Below are positions 1 to 13,723 of a stretch of 64,000 bases of DNA, piece by piece. The translations under genes and the position numbers were made by a program. The notes below the pieces were generated by a model. It had not been told where the DNA came from and did no database searches. It saw nothing but the letters and a program-made list of their open reading frames with translations. Numbering within the stretch: the first letter of the stretch is position 1; each line of letters starts with the position of its first letter. This stretch comes from an uncultured Desulfobulbaceae bacterium (GTDB lineage: Bacteria > Desulfobacterota > Dissulfuribacteria > Dissulfuribacterales > DYLC01). The stretch covers positions 18,227 to 82,226 of the forward strand of contig CAYRSX010000011.1 in NCBI GenBank assembly GCA_964427245.1, written 5' to 3'.

Positions 1-204
1 GACGAATCCAATGCAGTGGGCCGAGTGCACATGGGGGCCGTGCATCTCCTAAAGGTGACAACTGCCGAGAATCTGAGCATAACGCACGGCGAACACCTGA
101 CACATTCGGGCTGGATGACGGCCCAGGAGGTCATAGAAAAGGCTGAGGCATTTGAAACCTGGTCGATACTTGCGGCCAGACTCACAATACAATCAAACAC
201 ATAA
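1..204 (+). CDS. 3' end of a probable NUDIX-family phosphoesterase (5'-truncated by window)
   Basis: Frame open from base 1: DESNAVGRVHMG...ETWSIL resembles the C-terminus of the predicted MutT-family phosphoesterases. Confidence 0.55.
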   Translation, partial: DESNAVGRVHMGAVHLLKVTTAENLSITHGEHLTHSGWMTAQEVIEKAEAFETWSILAARLTIQSNT

Positions 205-223
205 GGATACCTTAGAAAATTTA

Positions 224-354
224 AGATTTATCGCTTCGCTCGAAATGACAGCGCTTCTCGATGGCACTTTTTTTTCGGTCCTCACCCGGCCTCAGGCCAC
301 CCTCTCCCACTGGGAGAGGGCCGGGGTGAGGGTAACCCTTGCTCGAAATGGCAG
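224..354. repeat. Composite palindromic repeat, copy 1 (A-unit + linker + CCCTCACCC/GGGTGAGGG hairpin + partial A-unit)
   Basis: agatttatcgcttcgctcgaaatgacagcgcttctcgatggcac...ccctctcccactgggagagggccggggtgagggtaacccttgctcgaaatggcag is colinear and near-identical to ~42050-42175. Confidence 0.85.
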
Positions 355-431
355 TGCCTATTGCACAGGCTCGAAAGCATGGGAACTCCATGGTTTTTGA
401 TTTTTTCAAGATTACCATAAGGAGATAAATT

Positions 432-617
432 ATGGCGACTCCAGTAGTAGATCAGGAACTCTGTGTGGGATGTGGAAGCTGTGTGGAGGTGTGTCCTGAG
501 GTCTTTGAACTACAAGACGACAAGGCGCAGGTGATCGGACCTGACAAGTGCCACACCTGCGACTGCGAATCAGCGGCGGCCATGTGTCCAGTAGGGGCCA
601 TCACGATTCAGGATTGA
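432..617 (+). CDS. Single-cluster [4Fe-4S]-type ferredoxin
   Basis: CVGCGSCVEVCPEVF plus distal CPVGAI; GGAG Shine-Dalgarno upstream. Confidence 0.92.
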   Translation: MATPVVDQELCVGCGSCVEVCPEVFELQDDKAQVIGPDKCHTCDCESAAAMCPVGAITIQD

Positions 618-637
618 ATTAAAGGGTTTCAGACGCG

Positions 638-1672
638 GTGACGCAGTTACCTGAAGGATTTCTTCAAAGGTTGCGGCTCATACTGCCTTCAAATGCCGTT
701 TACCAGGAGGTAGTTGCGTCCTTCATGATGCCCAAAGTCATCTCATTCCGCATTAACCGTCTAAAAGCAAACAACACTCCTGTACTGACCGGTCTGCAAG
801 AGGCAGGCATTTGTGCCACTGCCTTTGAATTCTGGCCTAATATGTTGCATTGCCCTGCTGAAAACAAGGCAATGCTGCTTTCACACCCATTTGCAAAAAA
901 TGGGCTCATCTACATTCAAAACCCATCCAGCCTGCTGGCAGCGCTTCTCCTTGCTCCAATGTCTGGCGAAACCGTACTGGACCTGGCAGCGGCTCCGGGC
1001 GGCAAGACCCTGATTCTGTCGGAGCTCATGGAAAATACGGGGCAAATCTCGGCGGTGGAGGCAGTAAGGCCGCGTTTTTTCAAGCTGCGGCATATTCTCG
1101 AATTATATAGTGCAAAAAACGTAAAGACCTACCTTCAAGATGGCAAAACCGTTGGATTCAAATGCCAAGGCCGATTTGATCGCACTCTGCTGGACGCGCC
1201 CTGCTCTTCCGAGGCCAGATTTTCCATACAAGAGCCCACATCTTGGGCTCACTGGAGCGAAAAGAAGATACAGGAGCTGGCCCGAAAGCAGAGGCAACTT
1301 TTATTTTCCGCCATTCAGGCCACAAAACCCAACGGGACAATCGTGTATTGCACCTGTTCCTTCGCTCCCGAGGAAAATGAACTGGTGGTAAACCACGTGC
1401 TGAAAAAATTTTCAAAGGAAATTCGACTGTTGCCGATGAGGCTTCCCATTACAAATATTCAGCAGGGCCTGACTCAATGGAATGGCAAAGAGATGTCGCC
1501 CGAACTCGCAAAAACAGTGCGCATTCTGCCAAACAGTATCTATAATGCCATGTATCTAGCTATTTTTATTAAAAATACTGTTTGTAGAGGCGGGTTCGGA
1601 ACCCACCCCTACCGTTTGGGCATAGACAAGGACACCGGTGCCCACTGCATCGAGCGAAAATCGGCATCCTGA
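638..1672 (+). CDS. RsmB/NOP2 (RsmF-like) RNA m5C methyltransferase
   Basis: DLAAAPGGKT, DAPCS and YCTCS..PEENE motifs; C-terminal tail includes a REP (1584-1612). Confidence 0.9.
   Translation: MTQLPEGFLQRLRLILPSNAVYQEVVASFMMPKVISFRINRLKANNTPVLTGLQEAGICATAFEFWPNMLHCPAENKAMLLSHPFAKNGLIYIQNPSSLLAALLLAPMSGETVLDLAAAPGGKTLILSELMENTGQISAVEAVRPRFFKLRHILELYSAKNVKTYLQDGKTVGFKCQGRFDRTLLDAPCSSEARFSIQEPTSWAHWSEKKIQELARKQRQLLFSAIQATKPNGTIVYCTCSFAPEENELVVNHVLKKFSKEIRLLPMRLPITNIQQGLTQWNGKEMSPELAKTVRILPNSIYNAMYLAIFIKNTVCRGGFGTHPYRLGIDKDTGAHCIERKSAS
1584..1612. repeat. GTAG-type REP palindrome inside the 3' end of the methyltransferase ORF
   Basis: gtagaggcgggttcggaacccacccctac; near-identical to 4347-4375. 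Confidence 0.8.
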
Positions 1673-1699
1673 CAGCATTTTTCAACGGGGCAAGCGGCT

Positions 1700-2722
1700 T
1701 TAAAAAACAAAAAATGAAACACCATATACATTCTTGTCAAAGAGCGGCTGAACCTGCCTCCGTTCTCCAGAAGCATAAAACAGCAGTTCCTGCCATGAAA
1801 TCCCTGCATAAAGCGTACAGGTCAGAGTGACGGTCTTGGGTTCTCCTGTCGAAAGTTGCTGCACTGTTGCATGAATGTCATTTGCTGCCACCTTCAGACG
1901 CCTAACTGTGTCTTCTGTCTCGTTTAGTGCCGAAAGAAGCTGCTTCAGGCCATTGGAAAAGGTCTGCCAGAGCTGTTGAAATTCAGACGAATCCGCCAGA
2001 CACTGTAAATTGTTAAAAGACAGGTGAAGAGACAAGAGTTCCTGCGCCGTATGCCCCAAAAACATGGCCTCGTAAGCGCTGTCCATCAGGTCCTTCACAC
2101 CTATATCCTGGCCTACCGGCAACAGGTTATTTACATCGAGTCCAGCCAGATATATCTTCGCAAATTTAGTCCAGTCTACAAGCCGCTTTCTCACCTGTGA
2201 CAGAGGTTCCAGCCTTACGGCAGGTGCTTTTTCCCCAAAACCCTCTATATCCTCCAATGGTTCACGCAGAAAGGCATTCTCAGACGGCAGGCGGTCAAGA
2301 GACATGCGAACATCGTCCTCCGTTTTGTCGGCCTGATAGGCTATCCATAGAAAAAACCGCGCCATGAGCAGCGAATCATATCCGGCATTCATCTTGATCT
2401 GTTCCATTATAGCCTGCATAGTTTCGTCCTGGCCGCTGGATAGAGAGACAAAGCTCTGTCCGGAAAGCCTTTCTCCTATTCCAATGGAAGAGGCCCAACC
2501 TGTCCACTGCCTGAATCTCTGAAGCATGTCAGGAAGATCGTCATGCAATGGCACAGGGCAATAAGGCTGAAGTACTACACCGGTAGCCGTTGAAAGGGAC
2601 TGAATCTCCGTCAACAGGTCCTCGGTGGGCACCAACAGGGTGTTTCGCAAAAAAAACGGTGACAATGCCCTCAGTAAAACTCGACTGGGATATGCGATGG
2701 GATATAAAATGGTCTGCATCAT
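1700..2722 (-). CDS. Hypothetical protein, 340 aa
   Basis: Long ORF with GGA Shine-Dalgarno filling the gap between convergent and divergent neighbours; no motif recognised. Confidence 0.75.
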   Translation of the reverse strand: MMQTILYPIAYPSRVLLRALSPFFLRNTLLVPTEDLLTEIQSLSTATGVVLQPYCPVPLHDDLPDMLQRFRQWTGWASSIGIGERLSGQSFVSLSSGQDETMQAIMEQIKMNAGYDSLLMARFFLWIAYQADKTEDDVRMSLDRLPSENAFLREPLEDIEGFGEKAPAVRLEPLSQVRKRLVDWTKFAKIYLAGLDVNNLLPVGQDIGVKDLMDSAYEAMFLGHTAQELLSLHLSFNNLQCLADSSEFQQLWQTFSNGLKQLLSALNETEDTVRRLKVAANDIHATVQQLSTGEPKTVTLTCTLYAGISWQELLFYASGERRQVQPLFDKNVYGVSFFVF

Positions 2723-2810
2723 TATAAAATCCTTTTTAATTAATAATAGATAAAAATTTCAGAGATTGTCGCTGATTCCGAGTCAATCTCACTGTATTTC
2801 ATGAAAATGC

Positions 2811-2838
2811 TTGACGATTGCATTCTACAGACTAAAAT
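2811..2838 (+). promoter_or_regulatory. Candidate sigma70 promoter of the efflux operon
   Basis: TTGACG-16 nt-TAAAAT, ~85 nt upstream of the TolC start. Confidence 0.5.
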
Positions 2839-2921
2839 TCCTTCATTTAAGTAGAATACCTAAGGCTTTTTGATACAACAATTTTCAACAGATTGAAAGT
2901 GCTGAAGGAGAGAAGACCATA

Positions 2922-4295
2922 ATGCACACAAGGATGCTGCTTTTTTTCTGTTTTACATACTGTGTGGTCTCCCTGATAACGACTTCTGGGATGACTGCTT
3001 TGAGCTATGCTGAAGAAACCCTTACGCTGGACCAGGCCATAGACAAAGCCCTAAAAAACAACCAACTCATTCAGGGTTCTCGTGCCAGACTGCAAGCGGC
3101 CTCGGAAAACGTAACGGTAGGCTTCAGCCGTTTTCTGCCAAGATTGGACATGCAAGAGCGCATGGAACACACCAATTCCCCCCCTCTGGTTTTTACTCAA
3201 AAACTGCAACAGGAGGCGTTCACAGCCCAGGATTTTCAACTGAATAACCTCAATCACCCATCTGCTTATAACAATTGGAAAACTCAATTTATCCTCACGC
3301 AACCAGTCTTCGATCAAGGCAGGGAGTGGATTGGTTACCATGCATCCAAAACACAGAAATCCAAGGCAGACATGGAACTCGTCAAAATGCAGCAGAACAT
3401 TCACTTTATGGTGGAAAAGGCCTATCATGATACACTACTCGCTCAAGGCAATCTGGATGTATTGAATAGTTCTTTAAAGACCGTATCAGAGCTGGAAGCT
3501 CTGGCATACAAACGCCACAAGGCAGGAAATGCCCTTCTATCCGACCTCACATCCGCTCAAGTACACAAGGCTCGAGTGGAAATGGAAAGAATAAAGGCCG
3601 AAGGCGACTTGAAGGTAGCGTATGCAAGGCTCAACAAACTCATGGGAATGCCTCAGGAGACTTCTTGGCGCCTGAGCGATACAGAGGATTTTCTGAACAA
3701 CCAGCCGGAGATTCTAACTAACTCCCTGAATGAACTCACCGAAACCGCTGTCAGAAAACGGCCGGACATGGCCATTGTTCAAAAAGACCTGGAACTCGGA
3801 CGTCTGAACACAAAACAGGCCAGATTCAGCTATTTGCCTTCTGTCTCACTTCAGGCCGCATATGAGATGAACGCCAAGGACTTTGTAGGCTCCGATGGCG
3901 ATGCATGGGCGGTAGCAGGTATAATCTCATTCAATCTCTTCAACGGCACCGGCGACAGGGCCAGAATCGCCGCAGCCAAATTCGAAGAACAGGCCATCTC
4001 CCATCAAGTCAAGGATATGGAGGAACAGGTTCAAATGGAGGTGAGAGAGGCCTATTACAACCTGCGGACGGCTGTTCAGCAAAGAGAGGTGGCAAGACGC
4101 TCCATAAAGAATGCCCAAGAGGCCCTTCGCATTTTACAAAACCGCTACAACAACGGCATGGCGTTGATGGTGGAGGTGCTGACAGCTGAAACCGCCCTCA
4201 AACAGGCGGGGCTCGACATGCAGCGCACGGCTTTTGAGGTGCTAACAGCTGAAACCGCCCTCAAACTACGCACCGGCCTGCTTGAGATAAAATAA
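2922..4295 (+). CDS. TolC-family outer membrane efflux protein
   Basis: Signal peptide, LTLDQAIDKALKNN, two OEP repeats, position upstream of MFP and RND genes. Confidence 0.92.
   Translation: MHTRMLLFFCFTYCVVSLITTSGMTALSYAEETLTLDQAIDKALKNNQLIQGSRARLQAASENVTVGFSRFLPRLDMQERMEHTNSPPLVFTQKLQQEAFTAQDFQLNNLNHPSAYNNWKTQFILTQPVFDQGREWIGYHASKTQKSKADMELVKMQQNIHFMVEKAYHDTLLAQGNLDVLNSSLKTVSELEALAYKRHKAGNALLSDLTSAQVHKARVEMERIKAEGDLKVAYARLNKLMGMPQETSWRLSDTEDFLNNQPEILTNSLNELTETAVRKRPDMAIVQKDLELGRLNTKQARFSYLPSVSLQAAYEMNAKDFVGSDGDAWAVAGIISFNLFNGTGDRARIAAAKFEEQAISHQVKDMEEQVQMEVREAYYNLRTAVQQREVARRSIKNAQEALRILQNRYNNGMALMVEVLTAETALKQAGLDMQRTAFEVLTAETALKLRTGLLEIK
4173..4266 (+). repeat. 31-bp in-frame direct repeat, 63 bp apart, in tolC
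   Basis: gaggtgct(g/a)acagctgaaaccgccctcaaac at 4173-4203 and 4236-4266, 30/31 identical (EVLTAETALK twice). Confidence 0.9.
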
Positions 4296-4296
4296 A

Positions 4297-4411
4297 AGAT
4301 TTCTCGCTTTGCTCGAAATGACAGAGCGTTGTTCAAAATGACAACGGTAGGGGTGGGTTCGGAACCCGCCCCTACTCATTCGAAAGGACAAGAATTCGCT
4401 CAAAATGAGAG
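4297..4411. repeat. Mosaic REP cluster (A-unit, degenerate A-units, GTAG REP)
   Basis: agatttctcgctttgctcgaaatgacag (4297-4324), gttcaaaatgacaac, gtaggggtgggttcggaacccgcccctac (4347-4375), attcgctcaaaatgagag. Confidence 0.8.
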
Positions 4412-4479
4412 AGCAGCGAGCAAAAGGATAACGGACAACCACCAGGACTAAAAATACAAACAAATACACAGAGAGGAAT

Positions 4480-5653
4480 ATGTTTATGAAGAAAAGACTG
4501 TTTTTTTACTGCATCTGTACATGTCTCGTATTCGGCATGACGGCCTGCATAGCAAAAAAAGACGAGGCGCCCAAAAAGATACCATCCACTGTAAAGGCGG
4601 ATATCATGGAGATAACACCTAAAACCGCTGCGTCCGAAGCGGTTTTCACAGGTAGGGTTCGAGCGAAACGTCAGATTATCTTGGCCTCTAAGACCTCGGG
4701 GTATATCAAAAACATGACTGTAAACGCCGGGGATGCCGTATCCAACGGCAGCCTTCTGGTGCAGATGGACGATGCAGAGGTTATATCCAAACTAAATGCC
4801 CTCAATGCGGAAAAAGACGGCCTTAAAAGACAAAAAATGGCCATGGAAGCCGATCTGGCCTATGTCAAGACCAATTTCAAGCGCATTGAACGTTTAAAAA
4901 ACGAAGCCGCCGCCACTGAAGATGAATTTGAACGCTCGCAGAGCGCGCTCAATGCAACGAAAGAACGCCTAAACGCCATGACTGCCAGTATCCGGGCCGT
5001 GGATGCCAACATTCAGGAGGTGACCAATCTTCTGCAATACACTGGTATCATTTCACCGGTAAACGGCTGGGTGGTGGAAAAATTCGTAGATACTGGTAGT
5101 TACGTCAATCCAGGCATACCCATTCTCAAGATTGATTCAGGGGACCACGGATTCTGGTTCGAGGCAGATGTGGATCAGACATTCATACGCCAACTCGCTA
5201 AGGGGCAAAAAGTCTGGGTCTCTATTTCAGCCATTGGCTCTGAAACGCCGTTTATGGCCACTATCAGCGAGATAGTACCCCAGATAAACCCCTCCACCAA
5301 TACCTTCACTATCAAGGCGGAGATTCAGCACAAAGGCCTGCGAAGCGGTATGTTTGGTAGAATAGCCATACCAACAGGGACCAGACAGGTAATCGCTGTG
5401 CCCAAAAAGGCCTTGATCAATCGAGGAGGGATCACAGGCGTCTATACCATCGGCAGGGATCGCATCGCCCATTGGCGCGTGGTCAAACTGGGTAACGAAT
5501 GGATAGAAATAACACATTCACAAAATCAGTATAAAAACGATCAGGCAGCAAAGGAAACTACGCAAGAAGAATGGGTGGAGGTGCTTGGAGGGCTGGACGC
5601 CAAAGAAACCATAGCGATCTCCAACCTCGAACAGGTCCGGGAGGGCATAAGGC

Positions 5654-5661
<8 letters not shown>
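4480..5661 (+). CDS. RND efflux periplasmic adaptor (membrane fusion protein)
   Basis: Lipoprotein-like signal (GMTAC), ASKTSGYIK lipoyl half, coiled-coil hairpin, LRSGMFGR. Confidence 0.92.
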
Positions 5662-8869
<3,208 letters not shown>

Positions 8870-8882
8870 AAGACAAGGAATT

Positions 8883-9869
8883 ATGCACATGGAATCCGAC
8901 ATGAACCCTCGGCAGAGGACCACTCTATTGCTATTGGGCCTTTTGGCCACACTCACCATTTTGGCCCAGCTATTCACCATTCTGACCACAGGCAAGTCAT
9001 TCTGCCCAAGCGATGGATGCGAGGTGGTCCACGACCTCACAAATGTCTCGCAGATATATATCAATCTGGCGGGACTCATCTATTTCCAGCTGCTTTTCTG
9101 GCTGACGGTGGGCAGCAGACAGGGGCAGACGCACAGACACTATCTCTTCGATCCTTACAACCGGTCCCAAACGGCCTCCTGCTCTCTTCTGCAGTTTATG
9201 CTGCTCATGGGCATAGTGGCCGAGGGCATTCTGATAGGTTTTCAGTTATTTGTGGTCAAGACTGTATGCCTGTATTGTTTCATCATATTCGGCTTCATCG
9301 CACTCATGAATATGATTCTGGGCGTGAGACAACTCCTAAAGGCATGCATCATTCTGGGCGTTCAACTTGCAGTCTTTGCATCCCTGAACTTCAACACCTC
9401 CACATTGAATCTGGACGAACTGTCGATGGACAAAGGCACCTATGCAATCAAGAACTGCGAAAGACCCAAACACCGCATGTATCTCGTATTTTCCGAAAAT
9501 TGCCCTCACTGCCAAGCGGTTTTAAAGGAATTGTCGAACTGTTCACTATGTGAATTTCATTTCAACCCTGTCACAAGGCTGACAAATGCCCAGGAGATCT
9601 TCAAGGACCTGCCAGTCATTCAGGACTACAATCCAGAGATCAACAAGGCCATCCTTAAAATGCTCGGCATCTATACCATACCCATTCTGATCTCCGAGAC
9701 ATCCAGCGGTCTTGAACTGGTAAAGGGCCAGGAAAATATCGTAAATTACGTACGTGACCACTGCATTCTGCCTGAAACGCCACACGGACTGGACTCTCTA
9801 CTCTCCAACCCACTGTTGCCGCCTGCGGACCAGGAAGGGGCTTGCCAAGTAGAAAAGGAGTGTAAATGA
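8883..9869 (+). CDS. VKOR-family membrane protein fused to a thioredoxin-like domain
   Basis: Loop cysteines CPSDGCEVV, TM helices, active-site CLYC, C-terminal CPHC thioredoxin-like domain. Confidence 0.8.
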   Translation: MHMESDMNPRQRTTLLLLGLLATLTILAQLFTILTTGKSFCPSDGCEVVHDLTNVSQIYINLAGLIYFQLLFWLTVGSRQGQTHRHYLFDPYNRSQTASCSLLQFMLLMGIVAEGILIGFQLFVVKTVCLYCFIIFGFIALMNMILGVRQLLKACIILGVQLAVFASLNFNTSTLNLDELSMDKGTYAIKNCERPKHRMYLVFSENCPHCQAVLKELSNCSLCEFHFNPVTRLTNAQEIFKDLPVIQDYNPEINKAILKMLGIYTIPILISETSSGLELVKGQENIVNYVRDHCILPETPHGLDSLLSNPLLPPADQEGACQVEKECK

Positions 9870-10732
9870 GAGTCATCTCCTCGGTCTCAGAAATGCGTGG
9901 GCAGGGCCTGCAATACAAAAGAGAGGGGCTGACTATCGGTTTTGTGCCCACCATGGGATATTTTCATGAAGGCCACATCGCCTTGATGAAGCGGGCAAAA
10001 GACATTACAGATCGCGTGGTGGTGAGCCTGTTTGTTAATCCCACACAGTTCGGGCCCAATGAAGACCTGTCCCGCTACCCTCGAAACATGGAAAGGGACA
10101 TACAAATGGCAGCGAATGCCGGCGTGGATATACTTTTCACACCAGATGCCAGCGAGCTGTATTCACAGGATTTTTGCACATGGATTCATGTAGAAGGCAT
10201 CTCCGAACATCTGTGCGGCAGAAGCAGGCCTGGTCATTTTCGTGGAGTAGCCACCATCGTAGCCAAACTCTTCGGTATCGTACAGCCGGACAAGGCAATA
10301 TTCGGACAAAAGGACTTTCAACAACTTGCCATCATAAAACGCATGGTAAGAGACTTGAACATGCCAGTGGAGATAATAGCGCATGAAACCATAAGGGAGC
10401 CTGACGGTCTGGCCATGAGCTCTCGCAATACATACCTCTCTCAGGAGGAGCGTGTATTGGCGCTATGCCTCTATCAGGCCCTGTGCGCTGCGAAAAATGC
10501 CTTAAAAAACCAGGCCATAAACCTGTCAGCCCTGCAAACAACCATTTTAAGCGCGATACCAGCCAATCCTATTGTAAAGATCGACTATGTTTTCATAGGC
10601 GACCCACATTCCCTTCAACCCTACAATGAAGACGAATTTCAAAAGGCAAAGGAGGTGCTGGCGGCCCTGGCCGTTTGGGTGGGCAAAACCAGGCTCATCG
10701 ACAACATGTACTTCAAAAAACAGCGGTGCTGA
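9866..10732 (+). CDS. panC: Pantoate--beta-alanine ligase
   Basis: GFVPTMGYFHEGH, FVNPTQF, SRPGHFRGV, FGQKDFQQ, GLAMSSRN, TRLIDN. Confidence 0.97.
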   Translation: MRVISSVSEMRGQGLQYKREGLTIGFVPTMGYFHEGHIALMKRAKDITDRVVVSLFVNPTQFGPNEDLSRYPRNMERDIQMAANAGVDILFTPDASELYSQDFCTWIHVEGISEHLCGRSRPGHFRGVATIVAKLFGIVQPDKAIFGQKDFQQLAIIKRMVRDLNMPVEIIAHETIREPDGLAMSSRNTYLSQEERVLALCLYQALCAAKNALKNQAINLSALQTTILSAIPANPIVKIDYVFIGDPHSLQPYNEDEFQKAKEVLAALAVWVGKTRLIDNMYFKKQRC

Positions 10733-10740
10733 CATATATA

Positions 10741-10806
10741 TGTCATTTCGAATGAAACGCAGCGACTGAGAAATCTTAAGATTCCTCGCTTCGCTCGGAA
10801 TAACAG
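10741..10806. repeat. 66-bp head-to-head A-unit palindrome centred on CTTAAG
   Basis: 64/66 identical to 42013-42078; an inverted copy lies at 46192-46256. Confidence 0.9.
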
Positions 10807-10852
10807 GGGTACACTACGGCATTTTGCCATAACATCAAAAAAGGATATCATC

Positions 10853-11239
10853 ATGCTTCGTTCCATGCTTAAATCCAAGATACACAGGGCTACTGTTACA
10901 CAAACCGCCCTGCACTATGAAGGCAGCTTGTCCCTGGACAAAGACCTGATAGAGGCGGCCCGACTACTTCCATTTGAACAGATCATGGTCTATAACATCT
11001 CAAACGGTGAACGCTTTGACACTTATGTGATAGAGGCAGAAAGGGGTTCCGGTATGGTCTGTCTGAACGGCGCAGCTGCCAGAAAGGGTGCGCCTGGGGA
11101 CCTCATCATCATAGCATCCTATGGTCTTTTCGATAGGCAGGAGTGCCTCACTGGTGAAAGCCGCATAGTAACCGTGAACAGCAACAATAAAATCACAGAA
11201 ATATTTTCACACAAATGGTCTAATAGGAACGACAAATGA
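10853..11239 (+). CDS. panD: Aspartate 1-decarboxylase
   Basis: [21 protein letters not shown] cleavage site, [14 protein letters not shown]. Confidence 0.97.
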   Translation: MLRSMLKSKIHRATVTQTALHYEGSLSLDKDLIEAARLLPFEQIMVYNISNGERFDTYVIEAERGSGMVCLNGAAARKGAPGDLIIIASYGLFDRQECLTGESRIVTVNSNNKITEIFSHKWSNRNDK

Positions 11240-12666
11240 ACAAAAAATACTCAAAAAACGAGATAAAACAGCTCAAAAAACAGCTTCTATCTGAAAGGCA
11301 AGGCATCTGGTCTCAATTAACGAATGATGAACGCAAAGAGGTCATGGAATATACCGCAGACTACGCTCATTTTTTAAGTAAGGCCAAGACGGAACGAGAG
11401 GCCGTGAAATATCTTGCAGAAACAGCTCGAAAGGCCGATTTTGAGCCCCTTAATCATGGCAGCGGAGCCAAAAAACTCTTTTGGCAGATAAACGGAAAGG
11501 CGGCGGCCCTTGTCCATCTGGGCAAACAGGACATCCTTGACGGCATTCATCTCATCGCATCCCACATCGACGCCCCTCGTCTGGATTTGAAACAGAACCC
11601 CCTTTATGAAGAACTGGACATGGCCTATCTGAAAACCCACTACTACGGCGGCATCAAGAAATTTCAGTGGGTTGCCAGACCTCTGGCCATACATGGCGTT
11701 CTCCTGACTCAAACCGGCAAAACCATTGAGCTCGTGCTGGGAGAACATGCCTCAGACCCGGTCTTCACCATAAATGACCTGCTTCCCCACCTGGCCGGCA
11801 AGGTGCAGGCCGACAAGAAACTCTCAGAGGCAATACCAGGTGAAAAACTCAACGTCCTCTTCGGTGGTCTGCCAATTCTGGGCCCGGAAGACCTGAAAGA
11901 AACGGTAAAGCTGAATATACTCAAGATGTTGCACGATCAATACGGCATAACTGAAGAGGATTTCATCAGCGCCGAGATCGAAATCACGCCTGCGGGCCCT
12001 GCAAGAGATGTGGGGCTGGATCGAGCATTTGTGGGCGGCTATGGTCAGGATGATCGCGTCTGTGCCTACACCTCCATGACGGCCATGCTGAAGATACAAA
12101 ATCCAGCGCACACATGTATTGCACTGTTCATGGACAAAGAAGAGATCGGAAGTGATGGCAATACAGGGGCGAAATCCCGTATTTTGGAACTATTGCTCTA
12201 TGATCTCTTGAATTATATAGGCAAAAAAACAAACCCAAGCACACTTTTGCAAATCTTTCGTAACTCCCGAGCCATCAGCGCCGATGTAACCGCCGGAATC
12301 GATCCGGACTATCAAGAGGTACATGAAAAACGCAACGACGCCCTTATGGGATATGGTATCTGTCTCACAAAATATACTGGTTCCCGCGGTAAATACGGCG
12401 CCAATGATGCCCATGCCGAATACATCAACTGGATTCGACGCACATGGAACCAGGCGAAAATCATCTGGCAGACAGGCGAACTCGGCCGTGTGGACGAAGG
12501 CGGCGGTGGAACAGTGGCCAAATATCTTGCCTATCACGGCATGAGCGTGGTGGATGCAGGACCACCTCTTTTGAGCATGCACTCCCCTTTTGAAATAGCC
12601 CATAAGACGGATATACTGATGTCACACAAGGCATACGAGGCATTTTATAACAGTACGATACGGTGA
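11236..12666 (+). CDS. M18-family aminopeptidase
   Basis: [44 protein letters not shown]. Confidence 0.93.
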   Translation: MNKKYSKNEIKQLKKQLLSERQGIWSQLTNDERKEVMEYTADYAHFLSKAKTEREAVKYLAETARKADFEPLNHGSGAKKLFWQINGKAAALVHLGKQDILDGIHLIASHIDAPRLDLKQNPLYEELDMAYLKTHYYGGIKKFQWVARPLAIHGVLLTQTGKTIELVLGEHASDPVFTINDLLPHLAGKVQADKKLSEAIPGEKLNVLFGGLPILGPEDLKETVKLNILKMLHDQYGITEEDFISAEIEITPAGPARDVGLDRAFVGGYGQDDRVCAYTSMTAMLKIQNPAHTCIALFMDKEEIGSDGNTGAKSRILELLLYDLLNYIGKKTNPSTLLQIFRNSRAISADVTAGIDPDYQEVHEKRNDALMGYGICLTKYTGSRGKYGANDAHAEYINWIRRTWNQAKIIWQTGELGRVDEGGGGTVAKYLAYHGMSVVDAGPPLLSMHSPFEIAHKTDILMSHKAYEAFYNSTIR

Positions 12667-12671
12667 GAAAT

Positions 12672-12738
12672 AGATTTCTCGCTTCGCTCGAAATGACAAA
12701 AGGTACTCAAAATAATATCGCTTCACGCGCAATAACAA
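12672..12738. repeat. A-unit repeat followed by a degenerate copy
   Basis: agatttctcgcttcgctcgaaatgaca (12672-12698) and tcgcttcacgcgcaataaca (~12718-12737). Confidence 0.75.
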
Positions 12739-12775
12739 AGGGAGAACTATCAGCTCAATAAAAGGAGTAACCAAT

Positions 12776-13723
12776 ATGAAGATCGTAGAACCGGACTGTC
12801 GCATAATCGAGGAATACTTTCAGGAAGGCCGTCTTCTACAACAGATAGAACGATGCGGCCGTATATGTTACAAGAGCGAAGACAAAATCACTGCTACATC
12901 AGCAGCCACATTTATAAAGGGAATTGTGGAGCGCGGCCACTTTTCTGTAACCGAAATGGGGCAGATAGTCCTTGACATATCCATCGACAGCGAGGCGGTA
13001 ATTCAGAAGCTATTTGAGACCATCCCCCGTTTCATCACCGCAGATCGGCTGGAAAAAAAACACTTTCTGCTATCCGGCAATCCTCGAGCATTTCGAGAAC
13101 TCATTTTGAACCATGGCCCGCTCAAGATCGCCAAGGCCATTCTGAAACTCCTGTCAGAGGCTTACCCAGTGCTCTACACAGACCTGTTGCCCAAACACGG
13201 CCTGGTGGAGCCGGACGGCGTGGCCATTCGCATGCTTTCCGCCCAGGAGATCGATGCACTGCCCATATATCTCAAGAAACGGCATCGCACGGTACTGGCA
13301 CACCTCACTGTCAACAGAGCTGTAACCCATGAGTTGGTCAGGCATCGTGTGGCATCTTATCTTCAGGAATCCCAGCGTTATTGCCGCTATGACCAGGAGA
13401 GATTCGGCGGAGAGGTAATCTTCATCAAACCGTGTTTTTATGAAGAAGGCTCACATGAATACAATCTATGGCAAAATGCCATGCAAGAGGCCGAAAGGAT
13501 ATATATAGAACTGCTCAAGACCTCATCGCCTCAGGCGGCCCGAACAGTGCTACCCAATTCCTGTAAGACAGAAATCATGATACATGCTACATTGGAGGAG
13601 TGGGAACATATCTTCAGACTGCGCACCTCCAAATGGGCGGATCCCTCTATGCAGGAAATCATGTTGAAACTTAAAAAACAAATGACCGAAAGATTTCCAG
13701 ATATATTCAGCCATGAAATTTGA
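12776..13723 (+). CDS. thyX: FAD-dependent thymidylate synthase (long form)
   Basis: RICYKSE, RAVTHELVRHRVASYLQESQRY (RHRx7S motif), ARTVLPN, FRLR. Confidence 0.93.
   Translation: MKIVEPDCRIIEEYFQEGRLLQQIERCGRICYKSEDKITATSAATFIKGIVERGHFSVTEMGQIVLDISIDSEAVIQKLFETIPRFITADRLEKKHFLLSGNPRAFRELILNHGPLKIAKAILKLLSEAYPVLYTDLLPKHGLVEPDGVAIRMLSAQEIDALPIYLKKRHRTVLAHLTVNRAVTHELVRHRVASYLQESQRYCRYDQERFGGEVIFIKPCFYEEGSHEYNLWQNAMQEAERIYIELLKTSSPQAARTVLPNSCKTEIMIHATLEEWEHIFRLRTSKWADPSMQEIMLKLKKQMTERFPDIFSHEI

Noticed and set aside
152-418. ORFs 152..400 (+) and 221..418 (-)
   Set aside because: They are translations of the composite palindromic repeat and have no protein-like motif.
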